A DNA stretch of 64,000 nucleotides, taken from NCBI GenBank assembly GCA_028023455.1, contig JAQFVV010000008.1:8370001-8434000 (forward strand), written 5' to 3'. Origin of the DNA: Epiperipatus broadwayi. Lineage: Eukaryota; Animalia; Onychophora. The notes under the pieces are model-generated. The model ran no database searches. It worked only from the letters and a program-made list of their open reading frames with translations, and was not told the origin of the DNA. Numbering within the stretch: the stretch's first letter is position 1; every line of letters begins with the position of its first letter. Shown here in pieces: positions 1 to 12,923 of this stretch. Position numbers and translations under genes: made by a program.

Positions 1-2100
1 CACAATATAGCTTTTCAGAAAGCAAAAGATTTGTTTACTTCTAGGTAAGTCCTCATATATTATCAGAGTGATCAGGTGGTATCAACTGACACTTTGAATA
101 TGGACCAGGAGCCATCATCTTGCACTAATGTTTTGGAGGAGTACATCAGATTGCATATGCTTTTAGAACATTGACAACTGCTGAAAAAATATATAGTCAA
201 CTTGATAAGGAAGCTTGCACTGTAATCTTCAATGTCAGAAAGTTTCATCAATATGTGTATGGATGCAATTTCAGATTTACACAGATTATTATTCATTATT
301 AAGAATTTGGTAATAAGATGATTCCCAAACATGATAACCAGGATCTGATTTGTTAGATAAATTTATTAGCAGTTTAAGACTATGAACTGATTTACAAGCC
401 AGATAAAGAAATTGATTAGGCAATGCCCTATCTCATTAATCTAATACACACAAGTCTCAGCTGAAGTTTTCAGAGATTAATTACACAGATTCTATGAAAT
501 TTCTGAAATGTTAAATAATTTGATGATTGCAAATTGGACTAGAAATGACCCAGGTTATAAAACTCTAAAAAAATGGGATAACATATGGATGGCTAAAAAA
601 TCGACCTAACTATGTGGCAAGGCCCATATGGAATGTGCATGAACGTTCGTCAACATGTAATGATTGCATACTTATGATCGATCACATACTCATATCATTG
701 GAAGGCTGAAACAACCAGATATAGTCAGGATGAAAAACATTAGCTAGGTCATATGTGTGGTGGCCTAATATGAGCCAGAAAACTGAATAGACTGTGAAGA
801 ATTACTCAGAATCTCAATATACCACTAATCTGTCTCAAAAAAAGTTTGGAATCCTTGCTTAAGTCTATGCAACTGTGGAAAAGATTACACATAGACAACT
901 CCAGCCCCATGACTGGCTACATCTTTTTAACTGTTAGAGAATTGTACTTCAGATGGGTGGAGTATAAAATCTTGAAAAATACCAGCATGGAATGCATGAT
1001 AAGAGCATTAAAAAAATTTTCACATCAGGGATACCCTGAAGCTACCTTGTCAGGCATTGGAACCAGTTTTGTGTTGCAGTTGTTTAAAATTTTTTAGCTG
1101 ATAAGGTGAATATGCCAGGTTCTTGACCACTACATTACCCTGAAGCAAATGGTCTAGCAAAAAAGGTTGTATAACAGCTTAAATCAACATTGAATAAAAT
1201 GACATGCAAAAATATAAATGAAGCATTATAAGATGCAATATTTTTCCAACATTTTACATTTTTGTACTTTGATAAAAAAGACACTGGCAAAAATGTTAAT
1301 GCAATGAAAATTTCATATACATATTTCAAAGTTATTGTCAATTAATAATGTAAGAAAAATGGTTTCCAGGAGTGATACTAAAAGTGTTGGCTAAACAAGT
1401 CAGACTAAACCAATTGGAAAATAGGAAAAAATTAAAGAGACACATAAATCATTTACAACCTCGCCAAAGTATGCTGTCAGAATCAAATGATGTCAAATTA
1501 AAATCAGCAAGTGGGAAAAAAAATTCTTTTGCTAAAGAGGAGTCTGCTGACATCTTCAGTTGCACCGAATAAGGAAATATCACTGATATATCCAGACAGA
1601 AGAAATTGATATAGCTGGGAATAAAGACCAAGTTGATGATCGAGCTAATGTACCCATGAAAACTTGTTATCTCCTAAAGATTCTAAACAGGAATAAGAAA
1701 AATATCACTACTAACAGCTCAAGTTTATCAGAAACCTCTAAGATTAAAAGATTATTTTTTAATTTGAAAATTTTTTTAATTTTCTTTTCTTGATTTTACT
1801 GTAAAATTATATTAAAAAATGTTTTGAACATTTGTAGTCCTGAAGAGAAAATATAAATGCTATGAATATGACAAAATAGTTGAGAGCATGCTAAGCAGTA
1901 AATAAGCTAAATTTATATACTTTTAAGATTGTTTTTTGTAACTTAATACAATTATTTTCTAAAGTGAGGGGTGGGACTGTCTTTGCATGTATATGTATAT
2001 ATTAAAAATGTAATAAAGTTTATTAAATTATTGTAATTACAGTACATGAATAAAATTTCCTCTTCATTGTTATTATATTCTAGAAAAATTATGTATGGCA
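1..2100 (+). mobile_element. Decayed Ty3/Gypsy LTR retrotransposon 3' half (RNase H, integrase, PPT, start of 3' LTR)
   Basis: ~140-270 reads QIAYAFRTLTTAEKIYSQLDKEACTVIFNVRKFHQYVYG (Gypsy RNase H). ~1020-1170 gives HQGYPEATLSGIGTSF and PEANGLAK (integrase core, frameshifted). A polypurine tract AAAGTGAGGGGTGGGA at 1961-1976 is followed by TGT at 1978. Right boundary approximate. Confidence 0.85.
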
Positions 2101-3049
2101 CAGAGTGTATTAGAATATATGCTAATGAAGTTAGATTAAATGCACGATTGGACTAATATAAACCCCTGAAATGTTCTAATATATATATATCTACAAATTT
2201 AAAATGTAGTTAAGATTTTATATTATCTGTAGGTGTGCAAGAAATCTTGGTTAAGTGTAATACACATAACTATGGACTTTAGAGATTACAAAATAATTTC
2301 TAATTGCAGTTAATTATTTTATGGTTATATATATATATATTAATTTCACATGTGAATAAACTTGTTTGATTTAATTTGTGTTTACTAAATAAAATTTATC
2401 ACTGCTACCTGGCTAGTATTGCAAGAATACCCCCAGGATACTGCATAATCTCATTAAATGTTGTTAAAAATTAAGCAAAATTTAAATATTAAAATAAAGG
2501 CTGAAAACCCAATTATAATTTAACAAACTAGATTCTCATCAAAAATGTTCTTTATACAGATGACAAAAGAGAATTCAACAAGATAATGATAATAATAATA
2601 AAAAAAATCTTAAGACTAAAATTCTTAATTATAATTTAAAATATTAAAACAAAAAGCTGAAAATCTTGAAAGCAGTTAAATTCTTTAATGATTAATTCTT
2701 CCATAGTTTGCTGTTAAAATTTACTACAACAAAAATTAATGTACCCACAATGCAGACTAGTGAATAAAGACCAAAGACAAACATCATTTTAAAAAAAGAT
2801 AATCAAAATAATTTGTATTAAAGTATCATAATCTAAACTCCTGCTCTAATTTATATCCAATTAATTAAAATAATATATTTTAAAGACGCTAATCTTTAAT
2901 AAAAATTAAGTTTCTGATACAATATTTTTAATTGTAGGTTTATAAATATCCAAAATTCTTAAAATTAAATTTATGAAATATTTATCATCCAAAGGTATCA
3001 GAATTCTATTTTTTAATGAAAAAAAATAATTCTAACATTTTATATACTG

Positions 3050-3420
3050 TTATTCAACACTATGTACTCTTATTTAACAGGAGCTCACAAAACAAGCTCT
3101 GAGAATATCCTCAACCCCAGACCAGTTTCTGCTTCTGGCATCGTCAGACATATGGATATCTGAAAATTTCAGATTTTCTTCTCAATAGTTATACATTAGA
3201 TAAAGTGCTGGGCTTACCTTAGTATTTTTAATTTAATGAATATCCTGGCACCTCACTCAGTATGCCAGAAGCAGAAACCGATCTAAGGTTGAGGATATTA
3301 TCAAAGCTTGTTAAGAGCTTATTTTGCGAGCTCTATATATAACAGTTGTAAATACAAGCTTTATTAAAATTAAGTCATGTGACATCTGACTTGATTTTTT
3401 AGCATTGTAGATATACATTG
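3050..3420. mobile_element. Non-autonomous element with long inverted repeats and 3' hairpin (copy 1; MITE- or Helentron/HINE-like)
   Basis: GAGCTCACAAAACAAGCTC...TTTCTGCTTCTGGCAT at ~3073-3140 is inverted at ~3261-3334. A hairpin AATTAAGTCA-TGTGACATC-TGACTTGATT and a T-run follow. A second copy lies at ~34275-34630. Confidence 0.7.
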
Positions 3421-4366
3421 AAGTTATACATTTATAAGTATGTTACATCTTGACAAATAATAAGCTCCAATGATAATTATAAGCTATTTTGGAGTTATTG
3501 AACTTTATAGGTAAATGATGTCTATTCCTTTTTTAATTGAAACAAAAACAAGTTGAAAATTTTGTATTTTTAAAACTGTTTTTCTTGTAATCAAATCAAC
3601 TGTGTTAAATGGGTCATCTTTTCCAAATGAAATTATTATTTTTACACTGTTCTGTTTTTTTTTTTTAAGGATAGATTAAATGTATACATTACTAAAAAAA
3701 AAAAAAACTGTTCCCCTCTTCACTTGGTAATATTTGGTAAAAAAAATAAAACGTTTTAAACATGGGTTAGCTCTTTTTTTTTTTTTTTTAAAAAAAAAAT
3801 CTGTTTCTGAATTGCAAAGTTTACTCATGCTTTTATAAATTTACATTCAGTATTTGTACATATAGTATTCTATAATTTTTTCTTATTTTATTCATAATGT
3901 TGTAGCCATATTAAGTAAAACAGCATAATATATAATGCATGCATCTTGCAAATTAATTGAAATATGTGAACACATATTTTTATGTAAATGCTTATTGATA
4001 CACCATTGAACTTATGACTTAACTTGTTATTTTTTCCCATTTTAGTAAATATTGTAATTTTTTTTAGTAATTAAATAAAGTTTAAGTTAAAGTGTGATAA
4101 AAAATTGTTTTTCCATTTCAGTGTTTTTAAATGTTGTAGGCTTATAAATTATTCAGCTTTGAAAAAATTAATATTTATGAGAAGAAAAATATTTTAAATT
4201 TAATCCAAAATTATAAAAAACTATCAATGTAGAAGTGATATAAAAAAAAAAAAAGACTACATATTTATTTTGGAGCAAACATCTAAATTTTGATATTTCA
4301 AAGCACACATCTAGAGATTGATATTAATGAAATATTATAACAATATAATAATGATGTAATTGCCAA

Positions 4367-4424
4367 GCGTTGGTGGCCTAGGGATTAGCATAGCTGCCTT
4401 CCATGCAGCTGGCTCGGTCAATGC
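4367..4424 (+). pseudogene. tRNA-Gly(TCC) pseudogene lacking the T-arm
   Basis: GCGTTGGTGGCCTAGGGATTAGCATAGCTGCCTTCCATGCAGCTGGCTCGGTCAATGC closely follows the canonical eukaryotic tRNA-Gly(TCC), recalled from memory. Anticodon TCC is at 4400-4402 in the stem GCTGC/GCAGC. The GTTCGATTCCCGG segment is missing. Confidence 0.8.
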
Positions 4425-5458
4425 TTTGACATAAAAAAAAAATATATATAATTATTAGTTTTTGGAATAAAACCCTTCTTTCTGTATAGATTCTTTTATT
4501 GCACAATAGTTTTTGCATTACCCAATTATGAGAATTATTTATGTGTTCACAGACACACATATATATATGGAAATGGGTCTATGATCTTTACTTCCCCATT
4601 TTTTTAGATTTATGCAATTCTACATAAGAATTTATGAGTGTTTAAAATCCCTAGGATTAATGGGTGTTAGGAATAACCACATTAACTATCTCTGAATGGA
4701 GTATCCTAACAAATGATGATCAGATTGGGTATTCAGGCATATTTTCTGATTAGCATTCCCATTAAACTTCAAGTATAGAGTCAGTCTATCCCTTGTTGCT
4801 ATGATGTTATTTATTTATTTAAAACATATCTACCATACTGCAGTTAGGACCCCATCTTTAGAATGAGAAACATCTATAAATCGAGTTCAAATCCCTCTCT
4901 AGCATCTTAGATGTTAACTCCAACGTTTACTCTCTACTAGCTCAAAAGAAAAACATGATAATGAATCACAGAGTGTAGCTATATTTAACTAGATTTGAAA
5001 TGAGAGAAAAAATGAACAACTAGATTTAAAATAATATGAATATAATAAAATAATAAAACAAAAATTTATTTACAGTAATTACACTCTTTATATGATACTT
5101 AGGAATGAAACTAACACATAAAGAAAAAAAATATACATATATATTTAGACAAATATGTATTCATATCAGAGAAAATTCATTTATTTAGATTGAATTTAAT
5201 TTATGAGTTCCATATGCTTACATCCAATATAAAATAATCATACAAATAAAGATTGGCAAAATGTAAATCAACCAATAAGCAGATATATACCAGTCATAAT
5301 AAATATTAATAATTGAATAAGAAATTAATTATAAATTCTATTTTATTTAGAGTTCAGAAACAAAATTATATATATATTTAAGACGGGTGGGGAGGAGTCA
5401 AAATTGTTCAGAGAAAATTAATATTAATTTTACTATAATTATTAGTAATTGGTTGCCA

Positions 5459-5590
5459 AAAACATTTCTAACATTGACTAAAGAAAAGGTTTATTCCATA
5501 TCTTTATTTATTAACAAGTGTGCGTTCAGCTACTGTTAATAAATAAAGATATGGAATAAACTTTTCATTAGCCAACCTTAAAAATATTTT
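5459..5590. repeat. Palindromic unit, ~57-bp arms and ~17-nt loop
   Basis: GTTTATTCCATATCTTTATTTATTAACA pairs perfectly with TGTTAATAAATAAAGATATGGAATAAAC, and ~30 bp of imperfect outer pairing extends the stem. Confidence 0.8.
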
Positions 5591-6399
5591 TATTACAAAC
5601 AAGATAAGAAAAGGAATAAAAACTTCAAATACAATTATTATTTATAAAGGCCTTTTATTTTAAATAAAAATGTATCTTACTACTGCATCAGAATTTTGAT
5701 TTCAAACTCTTTTTAAAATTGATCTGAAAGATAGATTTTGTTGGCAAGCTTTAAGGCTTAATTTGATATACTTTTCTTGAATTATTTCCAGGTAGAATGA
5801 TGGTATTATTGTGTAACAGGAATTGAGATCAAACCCTGGTACAAAAGAAGAATAGGTTTTATATAATTTTTTTGTTATTGTTTTATTTTATGATTTATTT
5901 ATTAGAAAAGTCACACAGACAAATGCATATGTATTTACTAAGGTAATGAAGAATGACGGTGGTTATGAGTTAATATTTTATTTGGCATATGTGTGTATAG
6001 ATAAATATTGTTTTAAAAGAAAAATAAAAGAGAATTTAAAATATGTAAAAAAGTTTCTTTTTTTACAGTTATGATTCCACGAATTAATTAGCTAAAGGAT
6101 TCTCTAATTGTCCTAGAAACAGATGGGATTAATTAATGGCTATCTAGTTTGCTTCAAATATTCAAACTTTGTTTAAATAATTTTTAATTAAGGAAAGGAA
6201 GCAAATAAATGTGGAATGTCCATTATGGATCAAATTCTTTTTGACTGCTTTTATCCAATTTTAGATTAAACAAAAAAAAAAGTATTTCTAAAAAGTTCGA
6301 AAAAGAAACAAAATAAGATAAGTAAAAAGATTGATGATGCTAAGTGGTTTTTCTTTTGTTTACGCATTTTTGTCAAAATATATTTTTGAAACAATGAAA

Positions 6400-7530
6400 A
6401 AATGTGAGAGATAATGAAAAAGAAATTAGATTATTAATTCTTGATTAGTCGACCGAGGAGGAAGCAATATGCTTAAAAATTTTGTTGACAAACATATGAA
6501 CTGAAAATAAATAATTTGGCAGTAAAAAGGGAAAACGTGAAATAAACTGTCATTTACCACCTTCATTGCTGGACAGAATTTATTTGTGAAATGAAAAATA
6601 AAACTTCAAATGAAAACTCCATGGACGGTCTGGGGTAAAATTATAATCATGCCGGGGTCTACATTCGGACTCAGCTCTCTTTACATCTACGCCACGAAAG
6701 CCATTAGGATATCTATCGCCCTAAGCATACTGCTCGCCATCCAAAGCCACAGCCGCTGGATATAGTGCATGATGTCCGCCATCCCTGGAAATTATACAAA
6801 AATAAATCAGAAGAAATACGTTACTTGAAGATAAACTCCATAACTGGAATGCCAGGTAGAAAAGATGGATGCCAAGTTTTTCCCATGCTAATCCCGGGAT
6901 TAAAGGTAACAAGTGCACTCAGAAACATACCTATAGGTTACTGATTCATGAACACCAGCAAATATATATTTTGTCTCATTTCTAATTTTAAATACAATCC
7001 AATCAAGCTGTGACTAAAACTTTTATATGTGTATTATTTTATTTATTGCTCTCTAATTGTAATTTTCTACAAAAAATACTAGCAATATTTTATCATATAC
7101 ATAATTTATGCCATTTTATATCTTTTTATAATAAATATTAATAATTGTCCATTTAAATCATCAATTCATTTTTTTATATATATTATGCAATTGTTTATGT
7201 ATTTTAGTATTAATTTAGCAATACATTATTGTATGTGTTGGCATGCTTCTAATAAATATTTAGAGAAGAATAAGTGAGATAGAAAGTTGAAAAGGTATTT
7301 GAAAAGTTCGTTCCAGATTTTAGTGGGAATTAAGAGAAAGAGAAATTCTGAGAGAATATTTAGTTTGAAAGTTAATTCACTCTCCGTTTCTTCTACGGCA
7401 TATTGTGCTACCACCCCCTGAGCACGAATTAGCTTTAATTAAGACAGTCATAAATTTAAAAAAGACTGAGTTAGATAAATTATTAGGAGATCATATGATT
7501 CTTGCTAATTAGCAAGATTGGCGCTTGGTA
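6400..7530. other. Unclassified LTR-like module with a GC-richer island (6610-6960)
   Basis: The composition shifts relative to the flanks, a PBS-like TTGGCGC sits at ~7518, and there is short nucleotide similarity to the 63.06-63.11 kb island. Boundaries uncertain. Confidence 0.3.
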
Positions 7531-9498
7531 ACGGACAAAAAAAAAAAAGAAAAAAGCCGTTATCCATAAACGTAGAAATTTATACAGAAAGAAGGCTAAA
7601 GCTGGAAGGGATTGGATTATCTCAATTTACTGATTATATATTTATGTTATATGGTCAGTTCTTTCTCTAACCTTTTAAATGACCCACTATCAAGGAAAAC
7701 TTCGTTAAAAAGGGGGAATATGACTCAGAACATGGGAAAACGTATGGAAGGGCTGTTTAATAAGACACACGAATAAATATATAAATTCATCCTCTGGAAA
7801 GAAAAAGTATTATTAGTTCAGGTTAAGATAATTTTCTAACTGCAGCTATATCTAAATTTGAATAAATAAAGAACGGAAGAAGAGGTCATCACACCGACTG
7901 TTACAATTGGATTATATGTGTTCATAATGAATAGACTGACAAAAAAAATCATGTGAAATATGACAGTACTGCAAGTTCTAGATCTTCACAAGTTGGTGCA
8001 TGTAAGAACTACACACTTTTAAAATTGGCATCTGCAAGAAGCTACTAGTTCCAGTTTTAGTCGATCAGTATACTAATAAGATTTTTCACCATAGTATAGT
8101 GAGATTTTCAGCTATTGCATGGTCTTCCATATTTAGCTATGTTAATAATTCATAAGTTAGCTGCTTTTTAAATAACTAAAAATATCATTCTTATCAGTTT
8201 AACTTTTTGGAATGATGTTAAACAGAGTTTCACTGGCTGAGGTAAAGCCTTTGACTATGATAATGTCATAACTTTCTTAAAATAACAAAACTTTCTCTCT
8301 AAACACAAAAAGTAAAAACTGACATCTCTTACAAATTTTTTTGACACCAATACTATTCAAGATTACATGTAATAAATCTGGATACCTTTATCTATTGTTA
8401 CAAATTAATTAAAAAAAAGTCTCCAGCTGGTATGGATAAGAATGATAGAAAGAAATAGCTTGTGAGTTTTAGAAAAAAAAAAAAAATCTGACTTAAGCAC
8501 TTTTTCTCATATTATCTTTCCTTTTCTTTTATATATCTATTTTAATGTGTAAGTGAAAAGCTTGTAAAGTCAGACTAGCTTTATTTTTAAAAGGAATGGG
8601 CCTAAACCAGTATAATATATATAAATACCATATTAGATAATTTATTAAACATTCATTTCATTACCATATAAAGTAAAAAAATCAACCAATCACTATGTAT
8701 TACATATATGTTTCAATGCTAACATTTTTTATTAGCTAGCATGGAGGGTCATTAATTTTCCAGTCACTAATGCTATTCTTATATGAATATTGAAACAAAG
8801 ACATTAACTTGTTAAAGCATGAAGTAAAGAAATATAGCAATCTCATGTATTAAAGCATTCTTTAATATATATATATTACATTTGCAATGTTCTGTTGAAA
8901 ATAATTATTTTGATTTATAAAACTCAGTGAATGTTCTGATCAAGCAATACCTAATCATTGTAATAGTAGTTTAGCATTATTTTCTTATAAGGTTTATAAT
9001 TGGGCAATGAATTAAGATATGCAATTACACAAGATATATACAATGATGATAAAATATTCTATCAAGAAGATTAGTGAAGTCATTTATCATTTGATATGTT
9101 GAAGTATCACATAAAAATTATGTTGCAACTCTAATTTCTTCTATATTGGAGAAATATATTATTTGACTGTACTCATTCTTCTTACAATATATATACTGAT
9201 AGCCTCACTCACTGTCTTAATAGCAGCATTATTAAACAATTAATAAAGTTAAGATTGTCTTCAGTTCCCATTAATAACTAGTTCTCACACTTACAATAGT
9301 ACTGATATTCTCATCAAATACTCAATGATATAAAATATATTTTTTTATATTGTTCTGTGGAATATTCTGCAGAAAAAATGATCTAAATAGAACAATTAGT
9401 TTTTTTTTATTTTAAAAAAGCAATAAAATTATTTGCTTCAAGCAACTTCTAATGATTCACTCTTTCAAATATTCTCTATTAAAGACCAGTTTTGAGAA

Positions 9499-9670
9499 TA
9501 AACAACTTAGGCAAATTACTTAGGATGTCAAAATTTAGGGCATCAAATGAATTCAAATGTATAGGTATATCTACAATAGGGTTAAACAACTTAGGCAAAT
9601 TACTTAGGATGTCAAAATTTAGGGCATCAAATGAATTCAAATGTATAGGTATGTCTACAATAGGGTTAAA
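9499..9670. repeat. 84-bp tandem duplication (2 copies, 1 mismatch)
   Basis: The unit TAAACAACTTAGGCAAATTAC...CTACAATAGGGT starts at 9499 and again at 9583. The only difference seen is GGTATATCTA vs GGTATGTCTA. Confidence 0.95.
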
Positions 9671-10473
9671 AATAAAAATGAAGGATCTTCAGTATTCTGG
9701 GACCACCAAGCAGCTACAGGCCATGTATTTGAACCTAGTTCTGCCCAAATAATTTGTACAGAAAAAAAATGACGCTAAAATAAAAGTTAAGGAAGCTTTA
9801 TATATAGCAAATGACATCAATGCCATTAATAGAAGAGAGGCATGTTTTACTCTCTCTAAACAATGGACTAATTAAAAATTCAAACGCATTTGCATATCAT
9901 AACAAGCTTTATTTACAAAGCTATGAGTGTGAGATTCGAACATGAAATCTTGAAAATGCTAAGCAAACTTATTATAAATTAGTGTAAAATTATAGCTTCA
10001 CTATTTAATGCGAAAAAAAACAGTCGCATATTTATAATAAAACATTTAACAAAAAATAAAAAAAATAAAATATAACAATTGATCTTTTTCCATGAACTCA
10101 AACTATGTATATGATGAATTCCAAGATGATCATTTTAATTAGAATACCTTTTGATTTTATATACCAGAATGTACATTTAAATAAAAATCCTAAAAGTTGA
10201 TTATTCAGTAGTATAATTGACTATAAAAAGTTAATTTTTTTGTGATATTGCTGTTGATAATTCATGCATTTCTATTTCATTTAAACAATATATAAATATA
10301 AAAGCCATGGAAAGCTACATTTTGCTTTATATTATTTTCTTCTATTAACACAAGTGAAGCTATGGCTATAGCTAGTCTGAAATAAAAGCAAATGTTAATT
10401 ATAGAACACTTTAAAAAGTTTTGCCATATAGAAAATATTATATAATTACTCTTTTTTAGTTTATACATTAATA

Positions 10474-12632
10474 CAGGGAAGGCAACCTAAGGCACACACG
10501 TGCCATGCTTGGGATGTCAACGATTATCAATGGCATTCAGAATGAATTGAAATAGTAAAAAAATATATTTTAATTACAGCAGTCTTTTTTTTTTTTTGTT
10601 TTCACATTAAACATTGAATTTACAATTAAATCATTATTTGTCAGAAAATAATACACTTGACTTCAAAAGATATTTTGTTTGCAAGTGAAATAAATTCTAC
10701 ATATTCACATTTTATTTCTGACAATATTAAAAAATGAGATCATAATGCAAATAAAAAGCTTATTACATTATCAATTTTAGAAAGCTATTTTCAATAGTTG
10801 AATGGTAAATAATCAATACTCATAGGTGGCGCTTCTTTCAAAAAAGAGATTCTCTTGGCATATTGACTGAGATTCCCAAAATGTCCCACAAAAGACAAAA
10901 CGTGTCTTGCGTTGTTAGCTGAGAGGTATCGCAGCGGCCATGCAAGCAAGTAGTTGGTTGCAGACGGTTGTGGGTTTGCGTCCCGGACGATGCTATGACA
11001 TATGAAAAAGACAAAAACGTGATATTCGCTCTTTTCAAGACTCTTGGACAAATGAATATGGAATTGTACAGAAAAAGGATCGTGCTGTGGGTACATTATG
11101 CTGTGAAAGTATCACAGAGACATTATCAAACTAAACATCTGTTCACATTTAAAAACTCAGATGAGAAAAGTGAAGATATAAAAAGAGCTGTTTCTGCCTT
11201 TAAGAAATAAACTATTTATAAAGCCACCGAATGTAATTATACAATTGCTCATTGTGTGGCTTTGAAAGGCAAGCCTTTCGCAGATGGACAATTCATCAAA
11301 GAAAAGTTTTTGAAAAGTGATGAAATCTTATTCAGTGATCTACCAAATAAGCAAATGATACTGTCTCAAATTTGAGAAATACCAGCTTTTGCAAGATCAA
11401 TTCAAAGAAGAATAACTGACACGGCTGAAGATGTAACAACAAAACAGAAAAACAGTTTACAACAAGCTCTTGTATTCAGTGTTGCTGTTGATGAAAGCAC
11501 TGATGTAAATGATGTGGCATAGCTAGCAATAGTTGAACAATATTGTGACAACAATCATATTTATGAAGAATTGTGTTGCTTGATTCCTCTTAATGATACA
11601 ATAAAGGGACATGACATTTTCACTGCATTTTTCAATTATTTTAAAAATCAGAGAATTAACACAAATACAATATTTTGTATTACTACTGATGCCACCCGTG
11701 CAATGGTCAGAAAACAAAAGGGATTTGTTAAACTTCTTGAAAATCATATTAAACATGAATATTGAGTTTCCACTGCATTGTACACCAGGAAAATTTAGTT
11801 GCAATAATGCTTGAATTCTGTAATGGACACTGTTGTTAAAATAGTTAATTTCATAGTTTTTCATTCTTCATCGACAAATTAAATCCCTTTTGCAAGAAAT
11901 GAATAATGCATATATGGACCTTCCACTATAGAGCAATGTTCGCTGGATTAGTTGAGATAATGTCTTAAACAGGTTTGTATTACGTCTGAAAGAAATCAAG
12001 ATATTTCTTGATGAAAAAGAACAACATTATCCGGAAATAAATGATGAAGACTGGTTATGCAAATTAATGGTTCTGACTGATATAACTCAACACCTGAATG
12101 AGTTAAACTTGCATTTGAAAGAGAATGATCAAATAGTACTAGAACTTTTTGAATATTGGAAAGGATTTTCATCAAAATTAGATATATTTTGTCATGATAT
12201 TACCACTACTAGATCTACAAGTACTTCCCAAATGAAAAGGTCCATGCAAATCAATTTAACATTAACAAAGATGAAATTTAAAAATACATTGAAGCTCCAA
12301 ACAGTGTAAAGACTTTTTTTTCTTATTTAAATTATATATTTTGTATAGGTAAAAAGTTGTAATTTATAATTTGTAATATAATTTTTAATAAGCATGTTAA
12401 AAATTACAAATTTAACAAAAGATACTTTTCACATATGATTCTATGTATTTTAAAATATTGAATGACCAATAATATAAGATCCAGTTATAATGGACTTATA
12501 ACTTTGAAGCCCATTATAAGAACCCAATTTTGATAGTATATAATATCATAAGATTGGTAAAATCATGTCGGCATGCAGAATAACATTGTAACATAGGTTC
12601 GCACGATACCACTAAAAGGTTGCTGACCCCTG
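10474..12632 (+). mobile_element. hAT DNA transposon (Buster/Charlie/SPIN-like) with a decayed transposase
   Basis: TIRs CAGGGAAGGCAACCT and AGGTTGCTGACCCCTG; 8-bp TSD CATTAATA/TATTAATA (7/8). Broken plus-strand reading frames at ~10950-12310 include SVAVDESTDVNDVA, CITTDATRAMVRKQKGFVKLL and MVLTDITQHLNELNLHL, typical of GTF2IRD2/EPM2AIP1-like hAT transposases. Confidence 0.9.
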
Positions 12633-12670
12633 TATTAATAGATAATAAAAAAAAAGATAAATCAAATTAC

Positions 12671-12923
12671 CTCGTTGTAATGCCTGTTTAATGGTAGCTT
12701 CTGTTTCGGAATGACATCTCTGCAATAAACCATATTTAGGCTGAATTCGTTCTTTGTCATCATTTTGACTTGTATAAGTGATATCCAAACAAACACTTTT
12801 TCTTCGTTTTATCTGATTAGGTGCTGATAAATCACATGGAGGATCAGGTCTTTTAAAATGAACACCTTTCCCATTGATGTCACTAGGAAGTTTGTTTGGG
12901 CATGAATTACATCGAGATTTTAT
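12671..12923 (-). CDS. cdc25: Cdc25-family phosphatase, internal exon (253 nt, phase 0 to 1)
   Basis: Acceptor ttattag|ATA and donor CGAG|gtaatt. Open frame IKSRCNSCPNKLPSDINGKGVHFKRPDPPCDLSAPNQIKRRKSVCLDITYTSQNDDKERIQPKYGLLQRCHSETEATIKQALQR. It carries an RxxSxP 14-3-3-type motif, KRPxPP, a KRRKS NLS-like motif, and the RCHSETEATIK segment that precedes the catalytic region in invertebrate Cdc25s (family knowledge, no search run). Confidence 0.88.

Noticed and set aside
72-332. 86-aa minus-strand ORF as a host exon
   Set aside because: It is the antisense of the plus-strand Gypsy RNase H remnant.
645-662. 17-bp match GTTCGTCAACATGTAAT to ~40604-40620
   Set aside because: Isolated, with no flanking similarity; it may be chance or unresolvable shared Gypsy ancestry.
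9492-9752. ORF with a repeated peptide
   Set aside because: A by-product of the 84-bp tandem duplication.
4860-9960. B-box-like GAGTTCAAATCC (~4883) and GTTCGAATC (minus strand, ~9932-9940) as tRNA or SINE
   Set aside because: No A-box, cloverleaf or second copy could be established.
1-12670. Catalytic cdc25 exons (DLIGDFS, IDCRY, HCEFS)
   Set aside because: Scanned by eye on the minus strand and not found. The only near match (CTTATTGGTTGATTT, ~5265-5280) contains a stop and lacks exon context.
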